A DNA stretch of 64,000 bases, taken from assembly GCF_000150275.1 (NCBI RefSeq), contig NW_002060957.1, forward strand, positions 1,104,445 to 1,168,444. The letters are read 5' to 3'. The DNA comes from Trichoplax adhaerens. Its lineage: Eukaryota; Animalia; Placozoa. Below the pieces are notes generated by a model that was not told the origin of the DNA, ran no database searches, and saw only the letters and a program-made list of their open reading frames with translations. Both the position numbers and the translations under genes were made by a program. Shown in pieces: positions 41,475 through 53,992 of the stretch. Each line of letters begins with the position of its first letter. Position 1 is the first letter of the stretch.

Positions 41475-41505
41475 CCATTCAGCAACAATAAACAGCCAAT
41501 CCAAT
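41438..41505. promoter_or_regulatory. Dense transcription-factor motif cluster; candidate distal GPD2 promoter
   Basis: GGCGGGG at 41438-41444, palindromic CRE ATGACGTCAT at 41456-41465, E-box CACGTG at 41467-41472, and CCAAT twice at 41496-41505. Confidence 0.4.
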
Positions 41506-41507
41506 GA

Positions 41508-41940
41508 CTGCCATCTTCTCCAGGCTTGCGTTGATTGGGTCCGGATCGGCCTGGGTACCAGTACCGTGGTTGCGATCTTCTCCTGGCTTGCGTTGTACAG
41601 TACTGTACTGTACTGTATTGGAGAACAACAATTGGGTCCAGATCGGACCGGGTACCAGTACCGTGGTTGCCATCTTCTCCTGGATTGCGTTGTACTGTAC
41701 TGTACTGTATTGGAGAACAACAATTGGGTCCAGATCGGACCGGGTACCAGTACCGTGGTTGCCATCTTCTCCTGGCTTGCGTTGTACTGTACTGTACTGT
41801 ATTGGAGAACAACAATTGGGTCCAGATCGGACCGGGTACCAGTACCGTGGTTGCCATCTTCTCCGGGCTTGCGTTGTACACTGGGGAACAACCATTGGGT
41901 CCGGCTCGGACCAGGTACCAGTACCTTGGTTGCCATGGGT
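41508..41940. repeat. GC-rich 92-bp minisatellite (~4.5 copies) with an internal (TACTG)n tract
   Basis: The gatcgg anchor sits at 41544, 41641, 41733, 41825 and (variant) 41904, giving periods of 97, 92, 92 and 79. Length differences lie in the TACTG tract. Confidence 0.95.
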
Positions 41941-44518
41941 GCTAGTTGCTATTCCTGTTGATAACGTCGTATTCTTGTTTTCGTCATGGATTGCAACAGC
42001 AACAAACTGTCGCGACTCTACAGTATTTCGGAGGCAGGAAATTGCACACTGCTTGATTACTTTGATGGACTCCGCTCTTGACTACAGTACCAACAACAAT
42101 AGATTCGATGCCTTGTACAGTATACTGCCTTTGAGCAATAATCCAAATAGTGCCTACTGTACACACATAGCTCTATCGACAAGCTGCTGCAGTCAGGATA
42201 AATTCCTTGAATGCCACAATATTAATTGTTTTGCTAGCCCATGAAATGGAATAAATTCCTCTGACAATCTTGTAGGCTCTCCGGAATAAAAATGACAAAT
42301 TGTTATTCATCATCAGCGGAATACTGCACAGTACTGTACAATGGTTATTTGTCTTACAAGTCCCTAGTTAGCGCACAGAAGCTGCTTTTTATTCACCTCC
42401 AAATTACCCCATTTCCTTGCAATCCTGTCGACGCCTAATCTCGATCTTACTGCCTGATGAAAGCATAAGAATGAAGGAATCCAAGTCTATTCTATGACGT
42501 GATCCAAATCAAGCTTCCAAAATAACTCGGGCTGTATGTAGCCTCAACATATTCTTACAACAGCTACAAAAATAGCCTAGAACTTCGGTAACGGTCCTAA
42601 CTATCCTACTTTATACTGTACTCCGTGTACTGTATATTAAGAGAAAGGACTATTTGACCACTGCACGCTTATATTTATTAATAAATTATAATAATTATTA
42701 TAGTAACTCATTCATAAACACGCCCCTGACTTTATAACAATCATAGAACAAGCTTCATAGCAGATTGAGCTATGACAATTAATTTCAACCGTCTCAGTGG
42801 TCCCATTCGACCAGTCTTGCATCTCTGATTTTACATACTTTGTACGCTTCAATTTATTATGCTGGCCTTCAGCATACGGAGGAAAAAATGTAAAACATGT
42901 CACAACAAGGGCTAATCATCACTTGGACAACATCGCGCACATTTGAAAATACTTATTTCCAATCTTACATTCGTCATGGACCACTAGATGCAGTACTTAC
43001 GCAAAGTATAAAGTACCTAGTGATCCTTGCGATCTTCTAGTCTATGCGTAGTTCAATCCTCATCTCTTGCTGATATCCTAGGCTGCTGCAATGATCTGAA
43101 CGGCCAGCAGACCCGATGAACGGTACACTTGAACAGCGTTTGCCGAGTCTGCACAAGAGTTCCTATCTCTCTAGCGTACTGTAATATGTGTATAAATTGC
43201 AGTACCTATCTTTTCTTTCTACGGTATTACTAAAAATCCTGGTGGTCCGTTTCTAGTAGTCATTGGCGTATACATCATCATACAGTCATAGACAACTTGA
43301 AGAGAACTCTTGTAGTGAATGACTTACTTTTACGACCATACCATCATCCTTCCAAACGGAGTATCCATCCCAAGCCCTTATGCATAATTTCTAGCGTCTA
43401 TAATACTGTAAAGCGTACAGTAATGGCACGCCTTTAGTGATAGCGCTCTACAGTATATATTCTACTTTACAAAGCTCATTTGTCAAGTTCTAGCAACTTA
43501 CACTAGTTACAAGCTAGCACCGTCTGATGTCAAGTATAATATTTCTACGTCGGTATAGCTCTCAAGCAGCTGCATTACCAATTAATTGCTACCGTATCCC
43601 TTCCGATACTACGTACTGCATCTCGTTGTTTACTGAGTGAAATAATGAATCTTGCGAAATCGCTACAATAAATAAATTATACATAATGGCTTTTTCTTAC
43701 TATTATACTGTAGCTTTCACAGCTCTGTTACAAAAAGAGAAAGGACTTGAACCTTTCAAAACGTCTACTAAACAGACGATACATAAACTGACTAGCATTT
43801 ACCAATCAATAAACCAAATGTAATCTGTTTTAAACGGAGTATTTATTGACTTGCAAAGGCCTAGCCAAACGGCAAGCTTATTAATGCTAACTGTAAAGAG
43901 GCAGTGCCTTCAAATATGCGGAATATCTGTACTGAGGCTTCTTGTTGACAAGACTTAACCAGCATACGTATAGTAAACAAGATGAATCTATCGGCATCAC
44001 AGGTTAATAATAAAATAAAATACGATATGGATAAAGCAAGCAAGTTGACAACGTCAGTCTTTCTCTGACATTGTTAAATGCTAAACGAAACAAATGCTCT
44101 TTTCTTAATAGGTAGAGCTAATCTCGCTTATCATGATGCTGGCTAATAGCTTGTAGCAATGATAACATCGGATTTCCGAGTTTGATATCCTTAGAAACAG
44201 GCGTTCTAAAAATTTCTTTTATAAACATTTCAATCTTGAATATAATTTATCCTTAATTATATCATATTATACAAGATTACGCACTCTACTAACTAATTGT
44301 ACGAGTAAAATGTAACAGATACATAGTAAATTAAGCCTCTAGTTAGCTAAGGCAGCAAATAAAATTTTATACATCAAGTTTCTTAATAGAAGAACATTTC
44401 AGCCATTAGCTTGATATTTATACATAGAAACAGGCAAATCTAGTCAGCTGACTACTATTAGTGCTAAAACAACTTAGCGCTACGTTAATTGCTTAGAGTA
44501 GTTATAGAACAAATAATA

Positions 44519-47500
44519 TCACTCAGTTTGTGAATCTTCTCCTTCTGAGGAAACCGTAATGCCAAATGATTTTGTAATCATATCTGTCATTTGCAGAACT
44601 AAATGCTTATTGGCTCCACCGCGAATACTATGATCTTTGTTGGTATACGCCTACGAACCGAAAATACGGATAAAGCATATAAATGATGTAAGACTGTACA
44701 GTACCAAACATCGTCAAACAATTTGCTATTCCTGTTTGGCTAATTCTATAATGTCAACATTTTATTCCATGAAATTTATACTTTTCATTAAAAATAATTT
44801 AGTTTCAGAGAAAAATCTTAAATCATGAACTGAAGGTACTTCAACAAACCTGCATTCTAAAGGGAATAACTTCATTTTGTAATGCTTCTACCAAAATTGC
44901 CGTATTAGAGTAATGGACATTGTCATCACTTGTGCCATGAGCAATAAAAAATGAAACAGTTTTATTCTTGAATCCTTGCAGATTATTGACGATTGCAGAT
45001 TGCTACCGTTATTACAGACAGGAATATGAGGAAAGAAAAATAATAAAAAATGATTTAGTTAGGCAATCGTTACAAGGAAATATTACATCAAGACTGACGA
45101 AAGCTAGAAACACTAAATTTACATTGTAGCCAGCGGCATTGTCGGATGGTGTTGCCAGGAAGCGCTCAGAATATATAGCATCTACACTCGAATTAATAAT
45201 TAACATCATTATAGGACATAGTTAACAATACTTTTTTTACTAGTTGAATTCAAGGTTAATTTACCGTAGAATCCCCAATTTGCAACCGGTGCAACAGAGA
45301 ACCCAATTTTGAATAAGCCCTGATTCCTACCGGTAACCATAGCCGTCATGTAACCACCGTAGGACTAATAAATTAATATTAAAAAATATAAGACCAAATA
45401 TTCCATCTATTAATGTCAGCTGGACTCATAACGCTAAATATTTTACAGAACTAAAATCGTTAAATGCTACAATCGATAGTTACAGCCGTGATATTAACTG
45501 ATTCTTGTAGCATAATCTAGTTAAATCGACTCGGACAGTAAATCAACTGTTGCATTCTAGCGATAATAGCCTCAAAACATATGCTCAAAATAACTCACCC
45601 AGCCAAACATGCAAATCTTATCTGGATCGACGTAGCTTTGTTGACGTAGGTATCTGACCAAGGGAGTAATATGATTACTGGATAATGACACTTTATATTA
45701 TATGTTCGATATTTCAATCAAATTTTTAAACGTCACTAGTACCTAAATACATTGAGGAAGTCGTCTGACTCTAAAAGTCCAATTTTTCTATATGTTAAGA
45801 ACTTAAACCTACAAACCAGAGTAAGCACCAAGTGAAAGATGAGGACAAGCTGTAACTTCTTTTATATATACATATAGTTCAGAATATTAATATTAAGATG
45901 AACAGTTACATCAACTGCAATATAAAATGTTACAAATTACTTAATTGAACAGTTACAAGTGCAGAACATTGATTAATTAGTGTCCTTTCATTTTAATAGA
46001 GAGCAATGTATCTGACTAAATTTATAAAATTGTATCAAAGTTTCATAGCGTACCTGTTGCCTCGGTAACCCGTTCCACGTGGATCAACTCTGATCACTAC
46101 CATTTGAAGGGTTGTTGAAAAGTATTGCGGAAATCCGAGTGACCATGAAGTTTTAACCTGCGATATTTGTGCGGAAACGTAAGACTGTTGCTCTAATCTA
46201 TCACAATAAATTAAATATCTTCATTCAACAGTAAATATCTACTCTTACAGTTTGAGAACCAGGCCCTCCATACCTAATGTGATAACATGAATAATGATAA
46301 AAAGAAGTCAACATTTAGTTCATAAGCTGGTTGTACATTTTGCAAAAATATCTTTATTTGATTTTCAATACTTACACATATAGCATAACTGGATATCTTT
46401 TATTAGCGTCAAAGAGTGGAGGCCGGTATTCAATAGCATTTAATTCTATTCATAAAATTATTCGTGTCATAAGCTCCATTACAGTGTTAAAAAATGCACG
46501 CTTACATAATCATAATCTGTCAAATCATCAAAATTTGCCTGGACTTACTGTAACCATTGCTATTAATTTGGTAAATATGACGTTCAGCTAATTCATGCTC
46601 AGATAATTTAGTAGCTAGTTCAGTGTTGTTTTCTAGCAAGGTCTCTAAAATAACCCATTTACAATATTGTCTTACAGCAAAAGTCGATACCAAGAATGCT
46701 ATATATCAAAGATGCACTATTTATATTGATTTAGGTAACTGCATAAATACTTACTGTCACTTGTCGCTGTAGTAACTACGTAATAAGATGGGATATTCGG
46801 GCCTGCAGTTGTTATACAAGAATAAAACGTTAAAATAATCTAGAATTGAAAATATTGTGTAGATATTTCAATCGTACCTAAGCACCGTAAGAAATAAAAG
46901 GATGCCTGAGAACTAAAGGTAGCCGAAAAATAGGAGTAGGTACCTAGAGAAGAAATGTTCAAATTATTACAACTGTAATAATACTAAGCGTATAGTAAAT
47001 AATTTGATATTAAAAAATGATAGCGAAAAGAAATTCTCAAATATATACCACTTTGGAACATGTTACAGGTCAGACAAGTTACTGTTGGACTTGCACTTGT
47101 CGTGGCGCTATAAAGTAAAAATAATAATTCTTGAAGCAACCTACTACAGTAAGCATCGAACTAGATTTATAACAAAAAATTACGACAAGGTCAACTTACC
47201 TATAAATATGTCTGGTTGTTGACGATTGCTTAGTACTTTGAAAATAACTACCCAGAATAAGGAAATTGTTACTTCTCCACAATTATACAACTTTCATTAA
47301 GCCATGATACACTTTAAAAGCTTTTACAGGGCACAATCAAAGTTAGCAACATTTATGATAATAATATTTACATCATGTCATTCGTAAGTGTCAATCCATA
47401 CAAGCTAGTGACTTCCCACTCTCCATCAGTCAAGAACTGTCTAAAATTCGTCTATAAGAGCATAAAGCGGTTGAGTAATTAAACATATTTTCGACTTTAA

Positions 47501-50500
47501 GCAGCGATTATTAGCACTTGCTATATTTATAACATCAGTTGCCTTACCGATATAACAATTTTAGCAATGTGATTAAAGGTTCCTTTATCTGCAACAGCTT
47601 TCGGTAAAATCGTGTATAAAGTACTACCATCAGAACTAGACAATGGTCGATACTATTTCGTGAAAGAAAGAGTTTGAGAAATACAAATTAAGAAAAATAA
47701 ATTAAATATCTCATAGATCTGCTACAATGATTTTCGTACATAGTGAAAGTCAACATATCCACCAGAAGTTGTCGATGAGGCTGCAGAAATCTATGGGATA
47801 TAAACAAATGCAAGACAAGTAAAAAAACGTTATCAACGTTGGGTCATATCTAACGTTATAAATTAAATTAAGTCGTGATTATACCTCTGTACAGTCTCCT
47901 GTTTGAGGATTGCACGTTGTAACTGAACTGATATTTTGTAATCTATTCAACCAGTATACAATAATGGTATTGCTGTTTGGCCAGACAACATTGGTATAGT
48001 AGTAGTTCCTACAAGAAAATGGAAAGTATTTTACATTGTAATAATGACAACTCTATATTGGAATAAAATGTAGATAACAACTAATCTTCATTGCAACTAT
48101 TTACCCATCTCCGGTAATGCGTGCCGGTGGTTGTAGAGTGACTATTCTGGAAATATTATTATTACTAATAGCCGCGACATTTAGCGTAAATTTAGGCAGC
48201 GTTGTTCCAGGCTATTTATTAAAATAAGAAAAGGTTTTATTATCTACCCATAATGACCCACGAATCTTCGAAAGCGGTAAAATATTAAAGTATTAGTTTA
48301 GAATTATAAATGTAAAGGCATTGACACCTTTGGATATGGTATACTGTGAAGTTTCGCAACATAACCATTTCTATCAGGTTCATACGTAAACCATTTGGCA
48401 TGAATGATATGGCTATCATTAAAGGAAGCGTAGCACAAATACGTTGCATCTGGTGACCAGTATTTCGCATTCCCTGTATTTAATATTTCCTCTACAATAG
48501 ATCAGCATCCAATCAAAATTGTTTTATTCGCTATAACGTCTATAAACGACCGCCATCACCAAAGACTAATTGTACAACTGCGATTCATAAATGGCGTCGA
48601 TCACTAATTCATACTAAAAGTCAAATTAGAGCTACTTCCACCTAATAGATGAAGTAGAATAGATCCACTTCATGTAATCATATGCCTAGACTTACCTTCG
48701 TAAGCCCAGTCAGCAGCACCATTGTAGATTTGATCAATTTTGCCATTCATAGTTACACGAAGACCACTCGCTGTAGGTGAATTCTTGATGTACAAGTCAT
48801 TATTGTAAACATAAGCCTACAATAGCAGCAATTAATGTAAAAAAGTAATTAGCTAAAACATGATGTGAAGCTACTTGCGTAAGTAATGTTTTTTTGAATT
48901 ACAAAAAATGGTCTGTAATAATATTACCAATTTGTTGCCAGTAGGAGACCAGCTCATTTCACGTAAACGAACCCCTTGACCAGCTTCGTCTAAAAGGGTG
49001 GTGATTCTAAATTATTAAGTAAATAAATTGAAACCTTAAATATTTTTTTATTAGTGCACATAAAATCTAAAGTCAATTCCTTTAGATACCTTGTAGTAAC
49101 ATCATATAGCGCATATCTCGCGAAATATGAGTGTCGGTAGATCTATCGAAATAATAACTCGTAAGTTAGGAATAGATAATAAGCAATAAATTTATCATTA
49201 CAGACACACAGTTTTACTGGATAATATGGACAGAACGTATAATCAATCTACAGCATATACCAGCATCATTAAATTTTCGATACTAGTTTGAGCGCTACGT
49301 ACTCAGCAACGAGTAAAGCCTTGTATTTAGTATAAACTTAACAGCATTATCGCATAGAACCGAAGTTGAAAGAGTTGGAATTATTTCGAATAGATTTTCA
49401 GGTGTGACATGTATGCAGCTATTCCATTTAAACGATACTCTTATTTAATTAAAAATTAAAATTTATTATATACTATCGCATAGTGTACCTTTTTATGATC
49501 ATATGCTGCCAAGACATAACGTTGGTCACTGCTCCACCAATAAGCATAGGCAGAATAGTTTGACTACCATAAAGAATTCGAAATTAATTGCCAGAGTTAA
49601 TCCATTGTGATTACTTAATTACGGTTTACACACTTAGAATAATATCATATATTTATTAATAATATAAGTACACCGGTACGATAGAACAAGGTGTGTATGG
49701 TATGTTCTATAATTCAATTTTCTAAATTACAGCACAATGCGCATATTTAATATAGCTATTTAGGACTGTAATGGCATATTATGTAGCAATGTAATGCAAT
49801 CGCAACATTTTCAAAAACCATCGGTGAAACAATTTAATCTTACCAGAAATTGGCCGACGTGATTAATTACATGGCCTTTTGCTGAAGTTAAATCCATCTT
49901 CATCAGTTTACCTTCTTCGGTTTTGTATTCATATTCAGTATCTGTAGAAATGTAAATCGCTTCCATAACTATCTCATTTAGGGATTAAAAGAATCGATCC
50001 AATAAAGGAATAATGTACTGCATACAAATATAGTTTAAATATGAGAACAACCTTGCGCTGTAGTATATTCTGACTTAGCATGAAAGATTTATCGCTACAA
50101 CTGATTCGAACTCAAACCGGAAGCTAAGCATCAAGATTATTAATTTTATTTTAAGCCATGCTTTGATATACCCGTGCACTGTAGTAAGCTTTAAGTACAA
50201 GAGTATGATAATGCGTTCGCACCACGCATAATCATGTCAGCCGAACTAATATTTGCATATTCGTCTATTAGTTCATAACCTTATTGCCATGTCCGACAAG
50301 AGAAATACCAATTTAATAAACGATATAATAACGTCGACTGATGAGCAGTTACAATACTGTATAGTTTAGAAAAACAAAGATAAATCTGGGACAGCTAGTG
50401 AGTATCTGATCGAACCACTGGTTTTACCTGAGAGCCACTTAAAATGTGGTTTCTTAGCCCTATATTCAGTACTATAAAGGGCTTCTACATTAAAGGGAGG

Positions 50501-52858
50501 CTTCGGTTTTTCTGTATCTCCTAAGGAATAATTGAAGCATTAAGGAATTAATAACGTTTGTAATTGGTATATTGTGTATAGTTACGAATCACGATTACCA
50601 CCTTTCTTCCTTATATCATGATATTGATAAAACCGATAATTAAACGAGACTATGATAAAAATTAATTTATTGATGACATTTACTACAGTGGCGATTATCT
50701 TAAGTGTCAGTTCACTGAGATTGAAATGTACGTACGAATTCAGGTTCCGTATATACAAATGATGCAACAAAACCGCTTTACCGCCAACTACAAGTAAACA
50801 CTATATTAAATTTCAGTTCAAATACTGTATTTGACGACGAGTTATGATAATGAATAATTAATCAATAGCAACGTACCATTTCGTATGATGGCAGCAATAC
50901 AAGCTAACGACAAATTAGATTAATGATTAATTTATTATACTGTTGCCTATCTTATCGAAAATGAGCTAAATTAGTTTATCACTAAGCCATGGTATGCCGT
51001 AAGTAAGCAATTCATGGATATACCGTCAATTGTTACAACTAAGAAAATAAGCATTGACTCCGCTTTTACGATCACCAGTAGCTTCCTTTATCGGAAAAGA
51101 AAAATTCCACTAGGTGAATACTGTACAAGTCAATAAAGTGAGAATTAACAGCTGTAATCGCGAGATTCGAGAATACTATCGTTACATGATACAGTCGTTT
51201 AGGCAGTTGTAGTCATAGAGTTATCCATCTCGGATAATGATACATTTAATAATAGTAGACGGTAATCGTCCAAATTGATTGGTCTTGTTGATGATAATAG
51301 CACTACAGTACTACTAAGATTGCATAGGTAGAATAGGCAGGTTTTTCCGATATTCGATACAAGAAGTCAAAAAGGGCAATAAAACTTGTCGATACTTACT
51401 GGCAATGACGACAACGACAGCAATGACCGCAGCTACAATTAAAACAAATATCACGGCGATAATGGTTGCTCGCGTCCTCTTGGCTTTATCCAAGCCGGAA
51501 TATTCGACCGGTTCTTCCGCCTTGATTTGACCATATTATATAGTGGCGATTGTTTCCAAAACGGTGTATAAAAACAACAAAGAATGAAATCACATCACCG
51601 TTAATCAATAGTCCATATGATTTTTCAAGTCAAAATTGAACTACTGTATGGAAGATTTTACAAAAGGGATTGTCTTGATGGAAAGACATTCAAATCAATT
51701 TCGAAAATATCTATTGGAGAGATCATAAGAGAAGTGAGAGACTACGGCGCTGTCCATCCTCATTAGTCATTACAATACGGACTTGGATGGTTGATTTCCA
51801 TTTACTTCAAGAATGGGTTTAGAAAAATAGACCAGATGAAAAGTTCTGGGTACGTAGACAAAAATTGGCACAACATGGAGAACCTTGATGGACATAATTG
51901 TATTTTCTTTTTTTATTTCCATGGCCTGATCACTAAGGATCTTTTGGATCCGCATTAAGAATGAACCATGAAATCAATGTACAGGATACTAAGGTTATCC
52001 ATGGTGTTCGAATGATGGATCATTCTTGAAAGAGTGGGAGAAGACGGTTTGGATCCGTCAACGACTTCAATTTAACGATACAATGTTATGTGTCAATTAC
52101 ATTAGCGGGTATCCATGTCGTGATTTTATCCAAACATATCATACGGTATTGTAAGACTGTTAATTAGTTGATCTAGTAAGTCAATAACAGTGATGATGGA
52201 CATTGAAAAGGAACGCTGATGTATTCTCTGGGACGATTAATCCATTTCTCTCTCGTCACTTTGGGTGTATAAAGGAGTTTTGTTGTAGTTACAACGTTAT
52301 CCCTATCGAGGTCGACCGTGATGTTGGAAAGAATAGTATAGTAGAGGATAAAGTAAGCCTAGTCATTGAGAAAAAATGGAAAAAAGAAGCCAGTGATGGA
52401 AAACTGCCTTGACGCCATTTTACGTCGTCCTCGAATTCAATGAAAAAAGAAATAGGAAAGATGGGGGTGGTCTATCGGAAAATCATGGAAGATAAGTCAC
52501 CATCTCATTTATCCTACTGAACCCACTGTAACTTGAAAAAATGACTACTAAAAGTAAAGGAATGGACATGATTGGAAACTGAATTTTTGCCTTGATATAA
52601 ATTCCCATATGGTAGAAGTTTCCCCCCCCCCCGGTCACTGAAAATATAATAGTGAACATACAGTAGTAACATGATTTATTCTATTGCAGTCAAAGAAAAA
52701 CATGTTGACTCTTCTTTTAAACGCCTTCGCTTTTCTTGCTAAACTGATTGCATGGCTTTATTTTCCTGTTCCAATGCTACCCTAGTCTATTTTCTATTGA
52801 TGGCTACTAAGGGGGAAAAAGAAATGTTCAAAGATCATCATCATCATTAACTTACCAT
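44519..52858 (-). CDS. DPP4: Dipeptidyl peptidase 4 family (S9B) type II membrane peptidase, catalytically intact; multi-exon
   Basis: An ATG-only coding exon (52858-52856, caacATG|gtaagt) splices to 51520-51400 (AEEPVEYSGLDKAKRTRA plus TM TIIAVIFVLIVAAVIAVVVVIA). Later motifs: IYRHSY, NGAADWAYE|EEIL (double Glu), YGGPGSQ, VDPRGTG, GW|SYGG (Ser), HGTSDDNVH (Asp), YTNKDHS (His). The TGA stop is at 44521-44519. Exact orthology (DPP4 vs FAP/DPP6/10 ancestor) is unresolved. Confidence 0.9.
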
Positions 52859-52939
52859 GTTGAAGGAGCAAGGACTGCCAGTGAAGAAGAAGATTGGAAC
52901 GGCAACAGGAAAATGACACTGGATGTGGCTGACTTGTCG

Positions 52940-53500
52940 TTCTGGCTGACGTATTGATGGACCGGACTGGTACAGTATGACTCGTCTGTGACTGACGTTA
53001 CCCAGTACTAGTACAGTACAGTGGACAGTACACTACTACTACTAGTGGACACGGTAGAGTATGTACTGTAGGTAGTCAAAGCAAGAAGGTTGGACTGCCA
53101 ACAGCTTTCGTTGACAAAAATGATTATTATTTATTATTATTATTATTATTATAATAATAATCAAGGCGGCGGCTGACTCTTTAGCTGCTTCTTTCCACTC
53201 TACTGTATACCGTATGTAGAATTCTACACGGCGCTTAGACCTGAGAAAGGTTGATCAAGTTGGTTGAGGGATTACTGTACTCGAGTCGTCCCTGGCTGGT
53301 TGCAGATCTCGATACTGTACTGTACAGTAGAGAAAAACGCTGCAAACTACAGTATCTCTTGCCTACGCGTACTGTACTGCACAGTACAGTACTGTACTGT
53401 ACTGTACACTCTCAAGTTACAGTACTGTGCACTCTGAGTATACACTGTATGTCTTTCGGACTCTTTCCGCTCCGTCTGTATAGTACTGTAATGGAAGGTG
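52940..53500. promoter_or_regulatory. Putative DPP4-like promoter region with TGACGT half-CREs, TACTG/CAGTA repeats and an (ATT)n tract
   Basis: Lies immediately 5' of the ATG exon. TGACGT at 52947 and 52993, (ATT)n/(ATA)n at 53122-53162, and the inverted repeat tactgtactg-ca-cagtacagta at 53370-53391. Confidence 0.4.
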
Positions 53501-53576
53501 TACAGTATGCGAAATGGACTCAGGGCTACGCGACAGTCTTGGAAATCCTTCGCCTGCAATTTATTTACTGTACCTA

Positions 53577-53992
53577 TTTCCCTATTATAATTATCCTCCA
53601 CTATCCATCCACAAAGCGATAATCCATCATGTCACTACGGCTAGTGGACAAATGCTCATTTTGCAAACACTGGCTGTCATTACTGTACAATTGCACTCAA
53701 AGTGAACAGTAGGACTACTGTACAGTGTACACGCTGAAATAGCGCTCATTGTTGGAGCTGGCGATGAATACAATCAACATGGGCACATTTCCCCTATTAA
53801 TTATCCTCCACTATCCATCCACAAAGCGATAATCCATCATGCAACTACGCCGAGTGGACAAATGCTCATTTTGCAAACACTGGCTGTCATTACTGTACAA
53901 TCGCACTCAAAGTGAACAGTAGGACTACTGTACACGCTGAAATAGCGCTTATTGCTGGAGCTGGCGATGAATACAATCAACATGGGCACATT
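53577..53992. repeat. ~210-bp tandem duplication, high identity
   Basis: aattatcctccactatccatccacaaagcg...caacatgggcacatt occurs twice, starting at ~53577 and ~53788. Confidence 0.92.

Noticed and set aside
40960-41510. Telomerase RNA, RNase P/MRP, SRP or H/ACA identity for the structured segment
   Set aside because: There is no CTAACCCTAA template, no ANANNA box in the hinge and no SRP helix-8 motif. GGAAGTC and ACACG..CATTC resemble P/MRP conserved regions only loosely, without a consistent P4 helix. An Infernal search is needed.
41454-42244. Six overlapping 136-246 aa ORFs
   Set aside because: They are products of a stop-free 92-bp minisatellite. The same peptides rotate through the frames and no domain is recognisable.
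50336-50372. Hammerhead-like CTGATGA followed by a hairpin (also 40692 and 42454)
   Set aside because: No GAAA follows stem II, and stems I and III cannot be formed.
51076-51120. Fifth 45-nt cassette exon in the DPP4 stalk
   Set aside because: It contains an in-frame TAG and the following intron would be only ~37 nt.
53251-53705. ORFs rich in TVLYC/STVQY
   Set aside because: They are translations of TACTG/CAGTA repeats.
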